From Lytechinus pictus (taxonomy: Eukaryota), in the NCBI RefSeq assembly GCF_037042905.1, contig NC_087246.1:1366001-1430000 (forward strand): a stretch of DNA of 64,000 bases, read 5' to 3'. Below the pieces are notes generated by a model that was given only the letters and a program-made list of their open reading frames with translations, was not told the DNA's origin and did not search any database. Made by a program: the position numbers and the translations under genes. Numbering within the stretch: the first letter of the stretch is position 1; each line of letters starts with the position of its first letter. Below are positions 62,816 through 64,000 of this stretch, piece by piece.

Positions 62816-64000
62816 CAGTGACGTAGCTACTGGGGGGGGGGGGGGCTGGGAGGGCACGTGCCCCCCTTGAGATTTGGTGTGCCCCCCCCCCCCCCCCCGG
62901 TGCCCCCCTGAAAAAAAATGGCAGAGCAAAAAAAAAAGGAGAAAGAAGAAAAGAATAAAGGAAAAGAAGAAGAAATACAGGAAAAAAGGAAAATTAGAGG
63001 GGGATGACGAATGAATGAAATAATGTGAGGGGAAGACTTGCAAAAAATCAAAAACAAATCTTTCATGTTACTACATAAAATTTTTGCTTGTTTGATTTTG
63101 GCGGGATTCTGCGTTTTTCGCCAATTTCTATATAGGATTGGGTCGTAGATTCAATCGTAAAAAATAAAGAGTTAGATCGAGTGTTTTAGCATGGGACTTG
63201 TACCAGGCAAAAGGGTATAGGCTTTAAGAAAACGCCAACCACTATTCCTATTATGCCATTCGATATATTTAATTAGATTTAAAGAAAAATTATGCTTTTG
63301 GCGGGATTTTGCGATTTCCCTTTGATCGTAGATTCAACCGAAAACAATAAAATTTAAATCGAGTGTTCCACCATGGGACTTATACACTAGCGTACCTACG
63401 GGGGGGGGGTGGGGGCAGGGAGGGCAGTCTGCCCCCCCCCCCCACTGACGAGCCACAACCCATGCAAAGGACGTATCCCTGCCCCCCCCCCCCCCCCCCC
63501 CCCCCCCCGACGAGCTTGAAAGACCTTTTTTGCCCCCCCCCCCCCCCTGACGAGCTTGAAGACCTTTTTATTTTTATTTTTATTTTATTTTTTTTATAAA
63601 ACGGACATTTTACAGAGCACTTAAATTTGTAAATAAAAAAAGATAATGAAAGCTCGATGTCCGAGCCAAAATATGTTTTGTATATTGACTTCAAAACTTG
63701 CTGCATATCAGCCTATTGAGCAAGATATGGATCTCATCGAACAGGCAATTCTGGCGCGAAGTAACATGAAAGATTTGTTGTTGATTCTTTGCAAGTCTTC
63801 CCCTCACATTATTTCATTCACTCGTCTTACTCCTCTTATTTTCCTTTTTTTTCTGTCTTTCTTCTTCTTTTCCTTTTTTATTTTCTTCTTTCTCCCTTTT
63901 TTTCCTTTGCCATTTTCTCAGGGGGGCACCGGGGGGGGGGGGGGAGGGGAGGGCACACCAAATCTTCTCAAGGGGGCACGTGCCCTCCCAGCCCCCCCCC
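62816..64000. mobile_element. Long-TIR poly-G MITE running off the window end
   Basis: ~62840-63072 is the reverse complement of ~63760-64000 (GGGCACGTGCCC, GGGGAAGACTTGCAAA). Confidence 0.75.

Overview
AT-rich eukaryotic (animal) non-genic DNA. The repeat repertoire suggests an echinoderm such as a sea urchin, which is an inference only. No host gene, rRNA, true tRNA or CRISPR array is supportable; the window is almost all layered transposon sequence. (1) The old layer is about 15 heavily decayed non-LTR retrotransposon relics (L1/Tx1-like, CR1/L2-group, one Penelope-like), and every one I could orient lies on the minus strand, as in a uni-strand piRNA cluster or a strand-purged intron. (2) One young full-length L2-clade LINE on + (17444-29285, TSD TAATATCT) has a single intact 1122-aa APE+RT ORF that begins with a signal-like Cys-rich leader and a 2A/StopGo motif (GDVESNPG|P). 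(3) A 7.9-kb TIR element (17827-25737; 151-bp TIRs, 9-bp TSD ATAGTTGTC) sits in that LINE's 5' UTR just upstream of the ATG and carries nested MITEs. (4) A 4.84-kb foldback element (31400-36242; TATGG...CCATA ends, 6-bp TSD) has a 46-bp mini-element at its apex. (5) The rest includes Helentron/HINE-like elements, many MITEs, tRNA-derived SINEs, L2 3' stubs, tandem repeats and a candidate minimal hammerhead ribozyme. Family assignments come from motifs, termini and TSDs read by eye; relic boundaries are approximate.
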